This document shows, piece by piece, positions 47,553 to 57,329 of a stretch of DNA of 59,312 bases (positions within the stretch are counted from its first letter, which is position 1; each line of letters opens with the position of its first letter). A program made the position numbers and the translations under genes. The notes under the pieces are model-generated. The model ran no database searches, had not been told where the DNA came from, and saw nothing but the letters and a program-made list of their open reading frames with translations. Source of the stretch: a virus (Duplodnaviria; Caudoviricetes); IMG/VR virus record IMGVR_UViG_3300008267_011718, positions 1 through 59,312 of that record; one strand, written 5' to 3'.

Positions 47553-48233
47553 CTATCTTAAAGTTGATTTATAAGTTCCATTTTCTGAGCCCTGTGAAAC
47601 AAGTGCTGGTTCCCACCAGTAAACCTTAGCATTATGTAGATAAAATTGATAAGAATATTCCCAGTCTGAAATTGTTCTAAACGGTTTCATTGTATAAACT
47701 AATTTTTTAGCTAGGCTGGTTTTTACTAAAAAGGCATCAGCACACTTAGATGCTGGGTGGTTTTTGAAATAAGCTATCTGGTTTGGCAAAATATTGTCTG
47801 GTTTTAAATTACAACAATTTCCCATAAAAATTACTTCCCAGTCTTTTGGAGTATTATCTAAATATTTATTAAATAAATTTACAAAATCTTCTTTAAAAAG
47901 AACATCATCCTCTAAAATTAGTCCATATTCTTTGCACTCTTCGCTAATTTTTTTAATAGCATGATAATGTTTAATGGTTAAAGAAATCTCAGATAAATTT
48001 AATTTTCTGAATAGAGTGGACTTATTACCATATGCTTTTGAAATTGTATTATTGTATTCCTTTTCATCGCACTTATAATATTCGTTTATAATATTTTCGT
48101 TTAAAATATCTCTGTCAAAATCATAAATATAATCAGCTTTTAATTTATTTTCTCTTAAAAAACCATCTAGTTTTTGTTTTCTTTCAGCTAGTTTTGTATA
48201 ATGTGTTACGTAAATTTTTTCTACATTTAACAT
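47553..48233 (-). CDS. Glycosyltransferase family 25-like
   Basis: IYV.H...L.ERK, EISL..KH, LILEDD, DWEVIFMG. Confidence 0.8.
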   Translation of the reverse strand: MLNVEKIYVTHYTKLAERKQKLDGFLRENKLKADYIYDFDRDILNENIINEYYKCDEKEYNNTISKAYGNKSTLFRKLNLSEISLTIKHYHAIKKISEECKEYGLILEDDVLFKEDFVNLFNKYLDNTPKDWEVIFMGNCCNLKPDNILPNQIAYFKNHPASKCADAFLVKTSLAKKLVYTMKPFRTISDWEYSYQFYLHNAKVYWWEPALVSQGSENGTYKSTLR

Positions 48234-49153
48234 ATAATCTTCTCTTTAAAAAATTTTAGAATCGTGTTTGGTAAAAATTGTTCTGGTATTTTACCATCTT
48301 CAAAAACTGGCTGTAAAATTATATCTTCGTACATATGCTTATTAGAATCTATGGATTTTATATGTTCCATTAAGTCGTTTAAACTTAAAAAATCATCTAC
48401 ATTAATAAAACATTTTTTATTAAAGTCTAGATTTACTTTTGAAGATCCCCAATAAATCGGTATGCTGCCAACAGATAATGGATGAATTATTTTTTCCGTT
48501 GTATATCCATCAAATTTGGAATTTTCAGCTGAAATAGTAAACTTATAATTTTTAATAAAATCTACTTTGTGCCTCTGATCGCCTCTTCCTTGAATAGAAT
48601 AATTTGTATTATTTAAAAGTCTCCCAGCGCAATCAACATTTTTATATTTTTTTATTGCGTCTAATATTTCTATTCTTCTACCTTGATTATTAGAAAAAAT
48701 AAAATTACAAAATTTATCTTTTTTAATAATTTTTCTGTTTATTAAATCATCTAGCGGAATTAAATAAGACTGATCTCTTGTCTCACTATGAGGAACATCA
48801 AACCAATTAATAAATAATATCCATAGTGGCAATCTATAATTTCTAGGATCTTTTGAAAAATCAAAAGAAAAAGAAAAATCACATTTTCCAATACTATATC
48901 TTTCCATCTCTATAGAGCCAGGAAAATATAAATTTGGTCTAACGTTTTCTCCTGTGAAAAATATTTTTTTACATTTATGATCTAAAAATTTATTTCTTTC
49001 TCTTTTTTTAGAATAGTCAACAGAAAAAAATAGCAAATCTGGATCTTCTGATATTTCTACATTATAGCTATTTGAAAGAAGATGAAAAAAATAATTATCT
49101 TTTTTATCAAAATTGTTCCAAAAATCAACAAAGTTTATTTTTAGTTTTTGCAT
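48227..49153 (-). CDS. Alpha-1,3/4-fucosyltransferase (GT10)
   Basis: KIFFTGENVRP, KFCNFIFSN, K..FIKNYKFTISAENS..DGYTTEKI, SIPIYWG. Confidence 0.9.
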   Translation of the reverse strand: MQKLKINFVDFWNNFDKKDNYFFHLLSNSYNVEISEDPDLLFFSVDYSKKRERNKFLDHKCKKIFFTGENVRPNLYFPGSIEMERYSIGKCDFSFSFDFSKDPRNYRLPLWILFINWFDVPHSETRDQSYLIPLDDLINRKIIKKDKFCNFIFSNNQGRRIEILDAIKKYKNVDCAGRLLNNTNYSIQGRGDQRHKVDFIKNYKFTISAENSKFDGYTTEKIIHPLSVGSIPIYWGSSKVNLDFNKKCFINVDDFLSLNDLMEHIKSIDSNKHMYEDIILQPVFEDGKIPEQFLPNTILKFFKEKIIC

Positions 49154-49154
49154 A

Positions 49155-49886
49155 TTAATTTTTTCTTCTATGGTGATTAATTATTTGTTTTTCATTTTTT
49201 GGTCTAAACGCCCAGCCCCATTGGCATATATCCTCTTTAGAAAATATATCATATTTATGTCTTAATAAAGAAATAATACTTTGATCATGCCTATGTTCTC
49301 TAAAGCCTTCATAATTTGGAAGACCTAATGTATTTGGCATGTCAGTCAAAATTCTAGCATCTTCGGAAAATTTTAAATATTCTCTATAAAGATTAATAGT
49401 GAAATCAGTTTTTCTACATAGCTGTAATGATGCAGTTAGTTGTCTATCATAAGGAGCGCATGGGGTTGAATCAGTAAACATTTTATCTAAACCCATCAAA
49501 ATAAAGCAATCTCTTTTTGTCCAAGTGTGATTTAAATGAGAATTATTATAAAATAATACTATGCCTCTTTCTTGCTCACAAACTAGATCAAAATAATATT
49601 TCATATTTTCAGAAAATTCTATTGCTGCATCTGAATAGAATAATATATCGTTTTCATCCATTGCTTCTAACGTTTTTAAAATAATATATGGCTTCCAAAG
49701 CCAATAGCCAGCGCCTCTTGGTTGCATTAAGATGTTTTGATTTTTAAAAACAAATTTATCGTCTAAATTTTTAAAATTATACTTAATAACATCAGTAAAG
49801 CCACCTATTTCTAGGCCTGTTTTAGCATTTTTTTCTTGAGAAGCATAAAAACCATTATGTGCATAATTAATTAAAATTTTTCTCAT
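49155..49886 (-). CDS. Putative nucleotide-diphospho-sugar transferase (GT-A-like)
   Basis: RGAGYWLWKPYII, ILFYSDA, WTKRD, EHRHDQSI. Confidence 0.65.
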   Translation of the reverse strand: MRKILINYAHNGFYASQEKNAKTGLEIGGFTDVIKYNFKNLDDKFVFKNQNILMQPRGAGYWLWKPYIILKTLEAMDENDILFYSDAAIEFSENMKYYFDLVCEQERGIVLFYNNSHLNHTWTKRDCFILMGLDKMFTDSTPCAPYDRQLTASLQLCRKTDFTINLYREYLKFSEDARILTDMPNTLGLPNYEGFREHRHDQSIISLLRHKYDIFSKEDICQWGWAFRPKNEKQIINHHRRKN

Positions 49887-50677
49887 TTAATTTTCTCCAC
49901 AATTCTTTCTGTAGCCTCATAAGAGCCAATTGGTGAACAATTTTTTTGATACCATTTTTTACAGTTATATGACATAAATTCCCAACGGTCTTTTGAACAT
50001 GTTTTAATAATTTTTTGTATATCTTCAGGAGATTTTACTTTAAAATAATGAAAATTTTCAATAAGCGGGTCAAAATATCTTGTGTCAACATCTTCAGTTA
50101 CTAATGGTATAACTCCAAGTGCTAAGTATTCTATTTCTCTATTACATTTTGGACCATATCCAGGTAAGCACAATCCAAATTTTGAATTTGCTACTTTATC
50201 AAGATACTCTTCCTGAGTGTAGGGCCAAGAAAAACTGTCGCCTAATTTGATCGGCATACTGAATAATTCTATATATTTTGACCAATCATACTTTGTTCTA
50301 TTTGCTTGCTGAACGCCGTTTTCTATCTTACCTAGAAAGATTGATTCTGTGCTACGCTCTTCAAATGCCTTTAAACCGCCCATAACCTTGTTATGGAGCA
50401 TTTTTGGTCTTCTACCCCAATAGATCCAAGGTGAACCGTTTGGATGCTGCATACCGCCAAATAAACCTCTTTGCCATCTATTTGGTAACCAAGGGAATAC
50501 ATCCCATCTATCATATTCATATAAAAGTATTTTTCCTGGCTCTTCTACCCATAAAAAATAATCGTTTACCTCGTTCTCAATCACTTCACAAAGATTCATT
50601 TCTTTCCAGATTTTTATTAACTCTCTGGAAGTGTCTCCTTTGTGTTCAGGAGTCTGTTTACCAACATATATTTTCAT
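49883..50677 (-). CDS. Putative glycosyltransferase (exostosin/GT47-like C-terminus)
   Basis: EYL...ANSKFGLCLPGYG.KCNREIE.LALGVIP. Confidence 0.6.
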   Translation of the reverse strand: MKIYVGKQTPEHKGDTSRELIKIWKEMNLCEVIENEVNDYFLWVEEPGKILLYEYDRWDVFPWLPNRWQRGLFGGMQHPNGSPWIYWGRRPKMLHNKVMGGLKAFEERSTESIFLGKIENGVQQANRTKYDWSKYIELFSMPIKLGDSFSWPYTQEEYLDKVANSKFGLCLPGYGPKCNREIEYLALGVIPLVTEDVDTRYFDPLIENFHYFKVKSPEDIQKIIKTCSKDRWEFMSYNCKKWYQKNCSPIGSYEATERIVEKIK

Positions 50678-50679
50678 AT

Positions 50680-51534
50680 TTAAACCTTGTAAAAATCAGA
50701 CAAAATTTTATTTGATTTCAAACTATTTTTAATATCTTGATTAGAATCTAAAAGATAATTTAAAAGTTCTCCTCTTGAATCACAAGGCTCCCCTAACCAA
50801 GTAGTTTTTGTTATTTCTTTTATTTTATCAAATATTTTTTGTGTTTGAATATCAATGTCATAAACGCTCAAATTAGCTTCATTGCATGCAAAATCTTGTT
50901 TATTAAATTGTTTATCTATTTTACAATCTAAAAAATTTTCTTTTGTAAAATTTTCATTAGTAGTAAAAGTTTTAATCATTAAATTTTGATCTGAACCATA
51001 GCGTTCGTCTTTTTGTGAATAATAAAAATCAAAATTCATACCTTTGATTATTGGATTTATTTTATTTGGCTTAAAACTACAAAGTCCAGCCAACATGCGA
51101 CAAGGCATACCAAAATGATTTTCATGACTTCTAATAGTACCAACTGTGTTACTAGAATTTTCAAATATTTTTATATATTTATATTCTAAATCGCTAGTAA
51201 GAGAATCAACATCTCTTGCATGGAAAACTTCAATTCCTCTTTCCCAAAGAGGCATCATTCTCCAAATAGCAGGCTCAGTTAATTTATAATCTCTTTGAAC
51301 AGTTTCTGTTCTAACATTACCAAAAATTTTAAATATTTCAGATAAAGAATTATTCCATATATTTGGAGACAAATAAAAAACCACCTCATAGTCAGGATAA
51401 ATGGTTTTATTCAAGAGCAGGATTGTTGGTATATTATACCAATATCTTGCGCTATCATTTTTCCATCTATCCCAAGTTCTATGAGGTGGTAAATGTTTTG
51501 GTTCAAATAAAGAATAAGAAAAAACTTTCTTCAT
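50680..51534 (-). CDS. Putative glycosyltransferase (GT-A-like)
   Basis: KKVFSYSLF, WRMMPL, RDVDS (DxD), LAGL, YGSDQ. Confidence 0.55.
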   Translation of the reverse strand: MKKVFSYSLFEPKHLPPHRTWDRWKNDSARYWYNIPTILLLNKTIYPDYEVVFYLSPNIWNNSLSEIFKIFGNVRTETVQRDYKLTEPAIWRMMPLWERGIEVFHARDVDSLTSDLEYKYIKIFENSSNTVGTIRSHENHFGMPCRMLAGLCSFKPNKINPIIKGMNFDFYYSQKDERYGSDQNLMIKTFTTNENFTKENFLDCKIDKQFNKQDFACNEANLSVYDIDIQTQKIFDKIKEITKTTWLGEPCDSRGELLNYLLDSNQDIKNSLKSNKILSDFYKV

Positions 51535-51535
51535 A

Positions 51536-53476
51536 TTATTTTATAATATTTGAAAATTTCTCAAAGATCTCTTCCTCTTCTTTTTGCTTCCAAGAGAAAT
51601 TTTCAAAATTGGTTGATATACCTTTTGGATTGAAATAGTATACTCCAAGAACTTCATTTATTTTAGTAAATTTTGATCCTCCAGCAACACATGTTAACCA
51701 GAATTCCCAATCTGATGCTGATTTATGTTGCTCGTTAAAATATCCAAATTTATCATGCAAAGACTTTCTCCACATTGGATTGTTGTGTGGTAGATTTCCT
51801 CTCAGCATTGCCTTAGCGGAAAACTGCTCAAAGTTATATCTTTGTGAATCTCTTGGAGCTTCTGACCATTTTTTATTTGGTTCATGAACAATAAAGCTAT
51901 CAGCATAGACCAGATCTGAATCTTTAGATGCAAATAACGCTTTGGCGTGTTTTTCTATTGAATATGGAGCTTTTCTGTCATCCATATTAGCATTAGTCAA
52001 AAATTCGCCACTTGCCATTTTTACAGCCATATTCCAAACTGCATAGATACCAGGATCTTGATCAAGTTTTTTATAGATAATATTTGGATATTTTTCCATA
52101 TATTTCTTAATTACTGGTTCTTCATTGCCTGGAGAATTAGCATTTATAAGGATAAGCTCGCATTTTTCTTTAAAGATTGTTTGGCTTGTAATATCTTCAA
52201 GATATCCTTCAATAAATTCATCCGCGTCATACACTGAGCCTATGATTGAAATTTTTGGAAGCTCTTTAGTGTCAATTTTTATTAGCTTTTCTCCACTAAC
52301 TAATTCATAAAATTTGTCATATAGCTTTTCTTCAGTGTATTGTTTTCTAATGTGTGAGCTTAATTTTTTTGACCAACTCTTAAATCTTCCATGGTCCTTA
52401 TGTACTTCCCTCATTTTACTCTTTAAATGGCTTTGAAGAGGATAAGCCCACAAAGTTCCAGCTTCTAAAACACCTTGCCATGTATGCTCTTGAGCAATTG
52501 GTTTTAGCTCATAATCAACTTTAGCAAATAATTTCTTTTCAATGCCTTCTTCATCTTTAACTGTTAAGAAGTCTAAATGACCGCTCCAATCTGTTGCAAT
52601 GACTGGTAACTCGTTGTATGAGGCTTCAAATAAGGGGAAACCAAAACCTTCACCGTGCGTTGAAGAAACAATTGCTTTAATTTTTGGATGTTTATAAAGC
52701 GACTGCATCTCTGATTCAGACATATGACCGTGTAATAAATAAACACTACATTTTCTATTTGGAAACTTTTGCAATAATTGTTTTAGTTTTGTTTCTGTTG
52801 CTTCTTGATCTAATAAAGAATCATTGGCTGTATTGATTTTTAATACTAAACCAACATTTTCTTGCCCAAATTCTTCTATAAATGCTTGAATGGTTTGTTC
52901 AACATTTTTTCTTGGGCTCCATTGACAAACAGTTAAAAAATTAAAATCATGTTTAAAATCCAACTTTAGTTCAGTTTCTTTAAAATCTCTAACAGGGAAA
53001 TGACAAACTTCTATTGGTTTTGTTACGCTGTATTTATTGCCTTGCTGGTCAGCAAAAACAGTATTAATGAAACTAGATTTTGCATGTTCGCTGATGACAA
53101 TAATTTTATCCATTTGCATAGATGGTTGTAGCCACGCAGGAGATATTCCATTTGTTTCAATACCAGCAGTATAGCCTATATTTATTGGGGCTAACTTCTT
53201 CCATTCGTTAGGAATCGTTACTTGAATAGAAATATCAAAATTTGGCTGTCCGCCTGTCTGTTGAATTAATTGTTGTGTTTTTACTATTAAAGAATCTATC
53301 TCTTTTTTTTCTTCTGAAAGCTCAAAAATATTTCCAGTTGCACCCCAGTTTGTTGGTAACAAATAAACTTCACAAGCTTCTTCTGCTGCTTTTAATGAGC
53401 GATAAGCAAATCTGGCCATTTCTCCATAACCAGAACGACTTAAGATAGGACCAGATATAACAATTTTCTTTTTCAT
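51536..53476 (-). CDS. Bifunctional glycosyltransferase (GT4 + GT2 fusion)
   Basis: SGYG..AR, W.PRKN, GEGFGFPLFEA...PVIATDWSGH.DF; then PKISII, ELILINANS, WN.AVK.A.GEFLTNAN.DD, DWEFW. Confidence 0.88.
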   Translation of the reverse strand: MKKKIVISGPILSRSGYGEMARFAYRSLKAAEEACEVYLLPTNWGATGNIFELSEEKKEIDSLIVKTQQLIQQTGGQPNFDISIQVTIPNEWKKLAPINIGYTAGIETNGISPAWLQPSMQMDKIIVISEHAKSSFINTVFADQQGNKYSVTKPIEVCHFPVRDFKETELKLDFKHDFNFLTVCQWSPRKNVEQTIQAFIEEFGQENVGLVLKINTANDSLLDQEATETKLKQLLQKFPNRKCSVYLLHGHMSESEMQSLYKHPKIKAIVSSTHGEGFGFPLFEASYNELPVIATDWSGHLDFLTVKDEEGIEKKLFAKVDYELKPIAQEHTWQGVLEAGTLWAYPLQSHLKSKMREVHKDHGRFKSWSKKLSSHIRKQYTEEKLYDKFYELVSGEKLIKIDTKELPKISIIGSVYDADEFIEGYLEDITSQTIFKEKCELILINANSPGNEEPVIKKYMEKYPNIIYKKLDQDPGIYAVWNMAVKMASGEFLTNANMDDRKAPYSIEKHAKALFASKDSDLVYADSFIVHEPNKKWSEAPRDSQRYNFEQFSAKAMLRGNLPHNNPMWRKSLHDKFGYFNEQHKSASDWEFWLTCVAGGSKFTKINEVLGVYYFNPKGISTNFENFSWKQKEEEEIFEKFSNIIK

Positions 53477-53477
53477 A

Positions 53478-54722
53478 TTAAATTTCCTTTAAAGACCAAG
53501 ATTTATAATTTTTTCTTGTTTCCCAAGAGCCATTTTTTTCATGTACTTCTTGCATAATTTTATCCCAAGATTTAGCATATTGTTCAAAATTAAATTTATT
53601 TTGAACAAATTCTAGTCCTTTTTTACCAATAGCTTTTCTTTCTTCTCTTGATAAATTATGAATTTTAGTTAAAGCATCTATAAAGTCTTCTTTTGAAATA
53701 CGATCTTCATAAATATATGGCACTTCTTGTGAGCCAATAACCGCTTTTGAACATGGTTCTATGGCTACTCCAAATACTTCTCCTGTATCTGAGATAGCTT
53801 GATCTTGCATACCACCAGTTTTATTAATGATAACTGGTGTTCCGCATGACAATGATTCAAGAACTGAAAGTCCAAACCCTTCAGCGTCTGAGATGTTTAT
53901 TGTGCAATCCGCTGCGTTATAAAATTGGGCCATAACATCTGGTGGTACTTTGGCGGTAGAAACTCCAAAATTATCTCTTGTCAAACCAATTTCTTCTGCT
54001 ATAGCAATTAAGTCTTGTCCGTTTGGATCTTTAGGATCAGTGTGCATAAGAAGATAAGCTTTATCGTGTCCTACTTTATCTAAAAATTCTTTATACCACC
54101 AAACAAGAGAGCCGCTTTGTTTTCTTCTAGCATTTCTATTAGTCCAAAAGAAAAATGTTTTTTCTTTTTGAGCTAGATTAGCATATTCTTTCTCTTCAAG
54201 AGGCTTATACCATTTAGGGTTCACAGCATGTGGTAAATATTCTTCGTCAATTTCTGGCGTGACAGTACGAACAATATCGCTTGTTAATTTACTAATTGTT
54301 ACAATCTTATCGTTTGATAGATAAAATTTCCGATTAAACTTTGGATATGGATAGTTATCCCAAACATGGTAATAAACCATTGGGACATTAGGACGAATTT
54401 CTTGAGCAAAATTCCATAGCCAAGTCCAAAAACGTGGATCTGTCATAAACCAAAGAATGTCTGGCTTAAATTCCATTAAAGCGCCACGAATATGCTCTGG
54501 GGTACCGTATCCATCAACTGGAATGATAGTGAAGTCTTCTCCCCATTCTTCAGTTCTAGCTGGTCTGTAATCAGCGTGCTTAATCGCACCGCCAAAACAA
54601 AGAACTTGATATTTGCCTGTTGATAATAGCGCATCAATCATATATTTTGTTTGAGTGCCTACGCCAGATGGAGAAAACGGATGATCGCTCAAAACAAGAA
54701 CTTTTAACTTTCTATTTGACAT
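53478..54722 (-). CDS. Glycosyltransferase family 4
   Basis: SDHP..PSGVG, NRNARRK, FYNAAD, AEGFGLSVLESLSCGTPVI...TGG. Confidence 0.9.
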   Translation of the reverse strand: MSNRKLKVLVLSDHPFSPSGVGTQTKYMIDALLSTGKYQVLCFGGAIKHADYRPARTEEWGEDFTIIPVDGYGTPEHIRGALMEFKPDILWFMTDPRFWTWLWNFAQEIRPNVPMVYYHVWDNYPYPKFNRKFYLSNDKIVTISKLTSDIVRTVTPEIDEEYLPHAVNPKWYKPLEEKEYANLAQKEKTFFFWTNRNARRKQSGSLVWWYKEFLDKVGHDKAYLLMHTDPKDPNGQDLIAIAEEIGLTRDNFGVSTAKVPPDVMAQFYNAADCTINISDAEGFGLSVLESLSCGTPVIINKTGGMQDQAISDTGEVFGVAIEPCSKAVIGSQEVPYIYEDRISKEDFIDALTKIHNLSREERKAIGKKGLEFVQNKFNFEQYAKSWDKIMQEVHEKNGSWETRKNYKSWSLKEI

Positions 54723-55692
54723 ATTTTTTTTCCTTTTCTAGATCATATTGATACATAATTTTTGCTAATTCTTTTAAATCCGTTTTTGGATTCCACTTAA
54801 GTATATTTCTTGCTTTAGCTGGATTTGCTTGAAGTAGTGGTACTTCGCTTGGGCGTTTAAAAGATTCATCAACAATAACATAATCCATTAAATTATAGCC
54901 AGCAATTTCAGAAACGCAAGTAATAAAATCAGAAATAGTATAAGTTTTTCCAGTTCCTATAACATAGTCATCTGGTGTATCGCGCTGTAGCATTAGCCAC
55001 ATAGCCTCTACATACTCTTTTGCATATCCCCAATCTCGTTTTGCGTCAAGGTTACCAAGGCGAAGCTCTTTTTGTAGTCCTAATTTGATCCTTGCTGCGG
55101 CTTTAGTGATCTTCCTTGTTACGAATTGCTCACCGCGACGTTCACTTTCATGATTAAAGAGTATACCACTGCAAGCAAAAAGACCATAAGCTTTACGGTA
55201 ATTAACAACAAGGCTATGAGCAGCTAATTTACCACAAGCATATGGTGATACTGGAGAAAAGATTGAAGTTTCAGATTGTGGCGCATTCATATTATCGCCA
55301 AACATTTCACTTGTACTTGCTTGATAAAATCTTGTTTGTGGATTTATGTTTCTTATTGCTTCTAAACAATTTAAAACACCAGTTGAATTTATTTCAAAAG
55401 TACTTTCTGGGCTGGTAAATGAGGCTCCAACATGACTTTGCGCTGCTAAGTTATAAAATTCTTCTGGTTTATATTTTTGAACTAATCTCCAGATAGAAGA
55501 TGAGTCAGTTAAATCTCCGTTTTCTAATATAAAATTTTTATTATTTAATAAATGTTCAATATTAAAAAACTTTTTGTCTTCCATAGAAGATCTACGTACT
55601 AAGCCTATTACTTTATATTCTTTTTCTAAAAGTAATTCAGCTAAAAAACTTCCATCCTGCCCAGTAATTCCTGTTATGATTGCTGTTTTCAT
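54712..55692 (-). CDS. gmd: GDP-mannose 4,6-dehydratase
   Basis: TGITGQDGS, YNLAAQSHV, FYQASTSE, GILFNHES.RRG..FVTRKIT, LGNLDAKRDWG. Confidence 0.95.
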   Translation of the reverse strand: MKTAIITGITGQDGSFLAELLLEKEYKVIGLVRRSSMEDKKFFNIEHLLNNKNFILENGDLTDSSSIWRLVQKYKPEEFYNLAAQSHVGASFTSPESTFEINSTGVLNCLEAIRNINPQTRFYQASTSEMFGDNMNAPQSETSIFSPVSPYACGKLAAHSLVVNYRKAYGLFACSGILFNHESERRGEQFVTRKITKAAARIKLGLQKELRLGNLDAKRDWGYAKEYVEAMWLMLQRDTPDDYVIGTGKTYTISDFITCVSEIAGYNLMDYVIVDESFKRPSEVPLLQANPAKARNILKWNPKTDLKELAKIMYQYDLEKEKKYVK

Positions 55693-55853
55693 TCTTTTTC
55701 CTTTAACGGAATAACATTAAAATATTGAAAATAATAGTTAGCTTCTAATAGTTTTATTAATTTATTCACTTCTTCATCTGTTGATATAATTTCTAAATGT
55801 ACTGGCTCTTTTTGACCAAGTATCAAATAGACTATTCTTTTTTTTATGGACAT
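55689..55853 (-). CDS. Small hypothetical protein (54 aa), absent from the ORF track
   Basis: MSIKKRIVYLILGQKEPVHLEII...VIPLKEKE*; fills the gap exactly, overlaps the upstream stop and is ATGA-coupled to gmd. Confidence 0.65.
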   Translation of the reverse strand: MSIKKRIVYLILGQKEPVHLEIISTDEEVNKLIKLLEANYYFQYFNVIPLKEKE

Positions 55854-56626
55854 TCTTTTGTTTTCTTAAAGTCACAATATGTACAGTTTGTACGAATTTT
55901 AGGAAAATTCTTTTTATTAATATTATAAAGAGAATTTTTTAATAAGTTAAATGCATTTTGTGTTTTTTTACTACCACTTGTTACACGAAATATTTCAACA
56001 TTGTCTTTTTTGGCTGTTCTTTTAAGAAGAGCAAAGTGAGTTTCAATATTTTTTGGATCAATATTATGCTTCTGAGCGTAAAAGTGTTTATAGAACGTTA
56101 ATTGATAAGTTACCAATGGATCAGATTTCTTTTGAGAATCCCAGCCCCAAGCACAAGTTTTCCAGTCAATAATGTGTACCACATTATCTGGCGTTTGAAT
56201 TATAAGGTCAATAAAGCCTTTAAAGTTATAATCAATCTCTGGGATTTCTTTAATCTGCTCCAAGATATCTTCTTCTGCTGCAAGAAGCTTAAACCCAGGA
56301 AAATTTTTTTCAAGCTCTGGGATTATTAATGGAGCAAGCATTTTTCCCTGCTCTCTCATTTCATTAAATAATTTTTCTTCTACGTCAATTTTTTGTTCTT
56401 TTAAAAGCTGTACTTCGCTTTCAAATTTATTTAAAAAAACATCAATTTCATTTGTACTTGAATCTTGAACTTTTAATTCAGCCGCTTCATGTAAAGCAGT
56501 GCCAAAAGAAGTATGCAGAGAGCCAGCAGCTCTCTGCACCTTGTCTTCGTAAATTAATTTATATTTAAATGGGCATTCATTAAAAACTTTAAACGCACTA
56601 AAAGAAATATGTGACATATTATTCAT
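55844..56626 (-). CDS. Cas4/RecB-like PD-(D/E)XK exonuclease
   Basis: ISFS....F.ECP, FGTALH, FKGFIDL, IIDWKT, QL.FY, C-terminal CTYCDFK...C. Confidence 0.88.
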   Translation of the reverse strand: MNNMSHISFSAFKVFNECPFKYKLIYEDKVQRAAGSLHTSFGTALHEAAELKVQDSSTNEIDVFLNKFESEVQLLKEQKIDVEEKLFNEMREQGKMLAPLIIPELEKNFPGFKLLAAEEDILEQIKEIPEIDYNFKGFIDLIIQTPDNVVHIIDWKTCAWGWDSQKKSDPLVTYQLTFYKHFYAQKHNIDPKNIETHFALLKRTAKKDNVEIFRVTSGSKKTQNAFNLLKNSLYNINKKNFPKIRTNCTYCDFKKTKECP

Positions 56627-56651
56627 CCTCTACAGTGATTGTAGCAGGATG

Positions 56652-57329
56652 TTATTTCTTTGTCAAATTATAAAGTTTATAATATAGCTTCGGGCTTACT
56701 TTGCTTAGATATTCTCTATCAAAAAGATGGTAATGTTCAAATCCATTAGCAAAATATTCTCTTAATGAGGTTGCGCCATAAGGTGAAATAAATAAACCTA
56801 CACAAAGTTGGTTTAAAAGATCATATCCAACAGTTTGATAAAGAAATTTATCAAAACCAGGACTATATTCAATTCTTATAAAAGCGTTTGGATCTTCATA
56901 TTCTATATCTTGTGACTTTAAAATACTTCTTAATTTTTTTCTTTTAGCAACAAACTCTGCTGCTACTTCATTGTCTTCATAAATTTTTGTTCCAAAAACA
57001 GTTTCTATTGAATGACCTAATTCATGTACAACTGAAGCATACAGCGAATCTTCATTTTGCTGCTCATTTGAAATATAGATAGCGCCTCTTAAATAAACAG
57101 ATTGTACATCTCTTAACTTTAATTCAGGAAAGTCGCCAATGTATATGTAATCTATATCTTTAAAAAGTTTTTTTGGTATATTTTTCTCTAACCTTTTTTT
57201 TACACTATTAAAGTCTACATTTTCTGGCAGCGGATCATTAATGAACACTAAAACATCAAATATAAAATACTCTTTTCTATTTTTTTGATACTTTTCAGAA
57301 GTATTTTTAACAAATTTGATGTTGCTCAT
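56652..57329 (-). CDS. Zincin-like metallopeptidase
   Basis: VVHELGH (HExxH) plus SPYGATSLREYFANGFE third-ligand motif. Confidence 0.65.
   Translation of the reverse strand: MSNIKFVKNTSEKYQKNRKEYFIFDVLVFINDPLPENVDFNSVKKRLEKNIPKKLFKDIDYIYIGDFPELKLRDVQSVYLRGAIYISNEQQNEDSLYASVVHELGHSIETVFGTKIYEDNEVAAEFVAKRKKLRSILKSQDIEYEDPNAFIRIEYSPGFDKFLYQTVGYDLLNQLCVGLFISPYGATSLREYFANGFEHYHLFDREYLSKVSPKLYYKLYNLTKK

Noticed and set aside
39421-55692. Bacterial O-antigen/capsule locus (host contamination or chimera)
   Set aside because: No wzx/wzy/wzm/wzt or initiating transferase; genes are coupled directly to phage genes at both ends
55844-56626. CRISPR-Cas system suggested by the Cas4-like gene
   Set aside because: No repeat-spacer array or other cas genes seen; solo Cas4-like nucleases are common in phages
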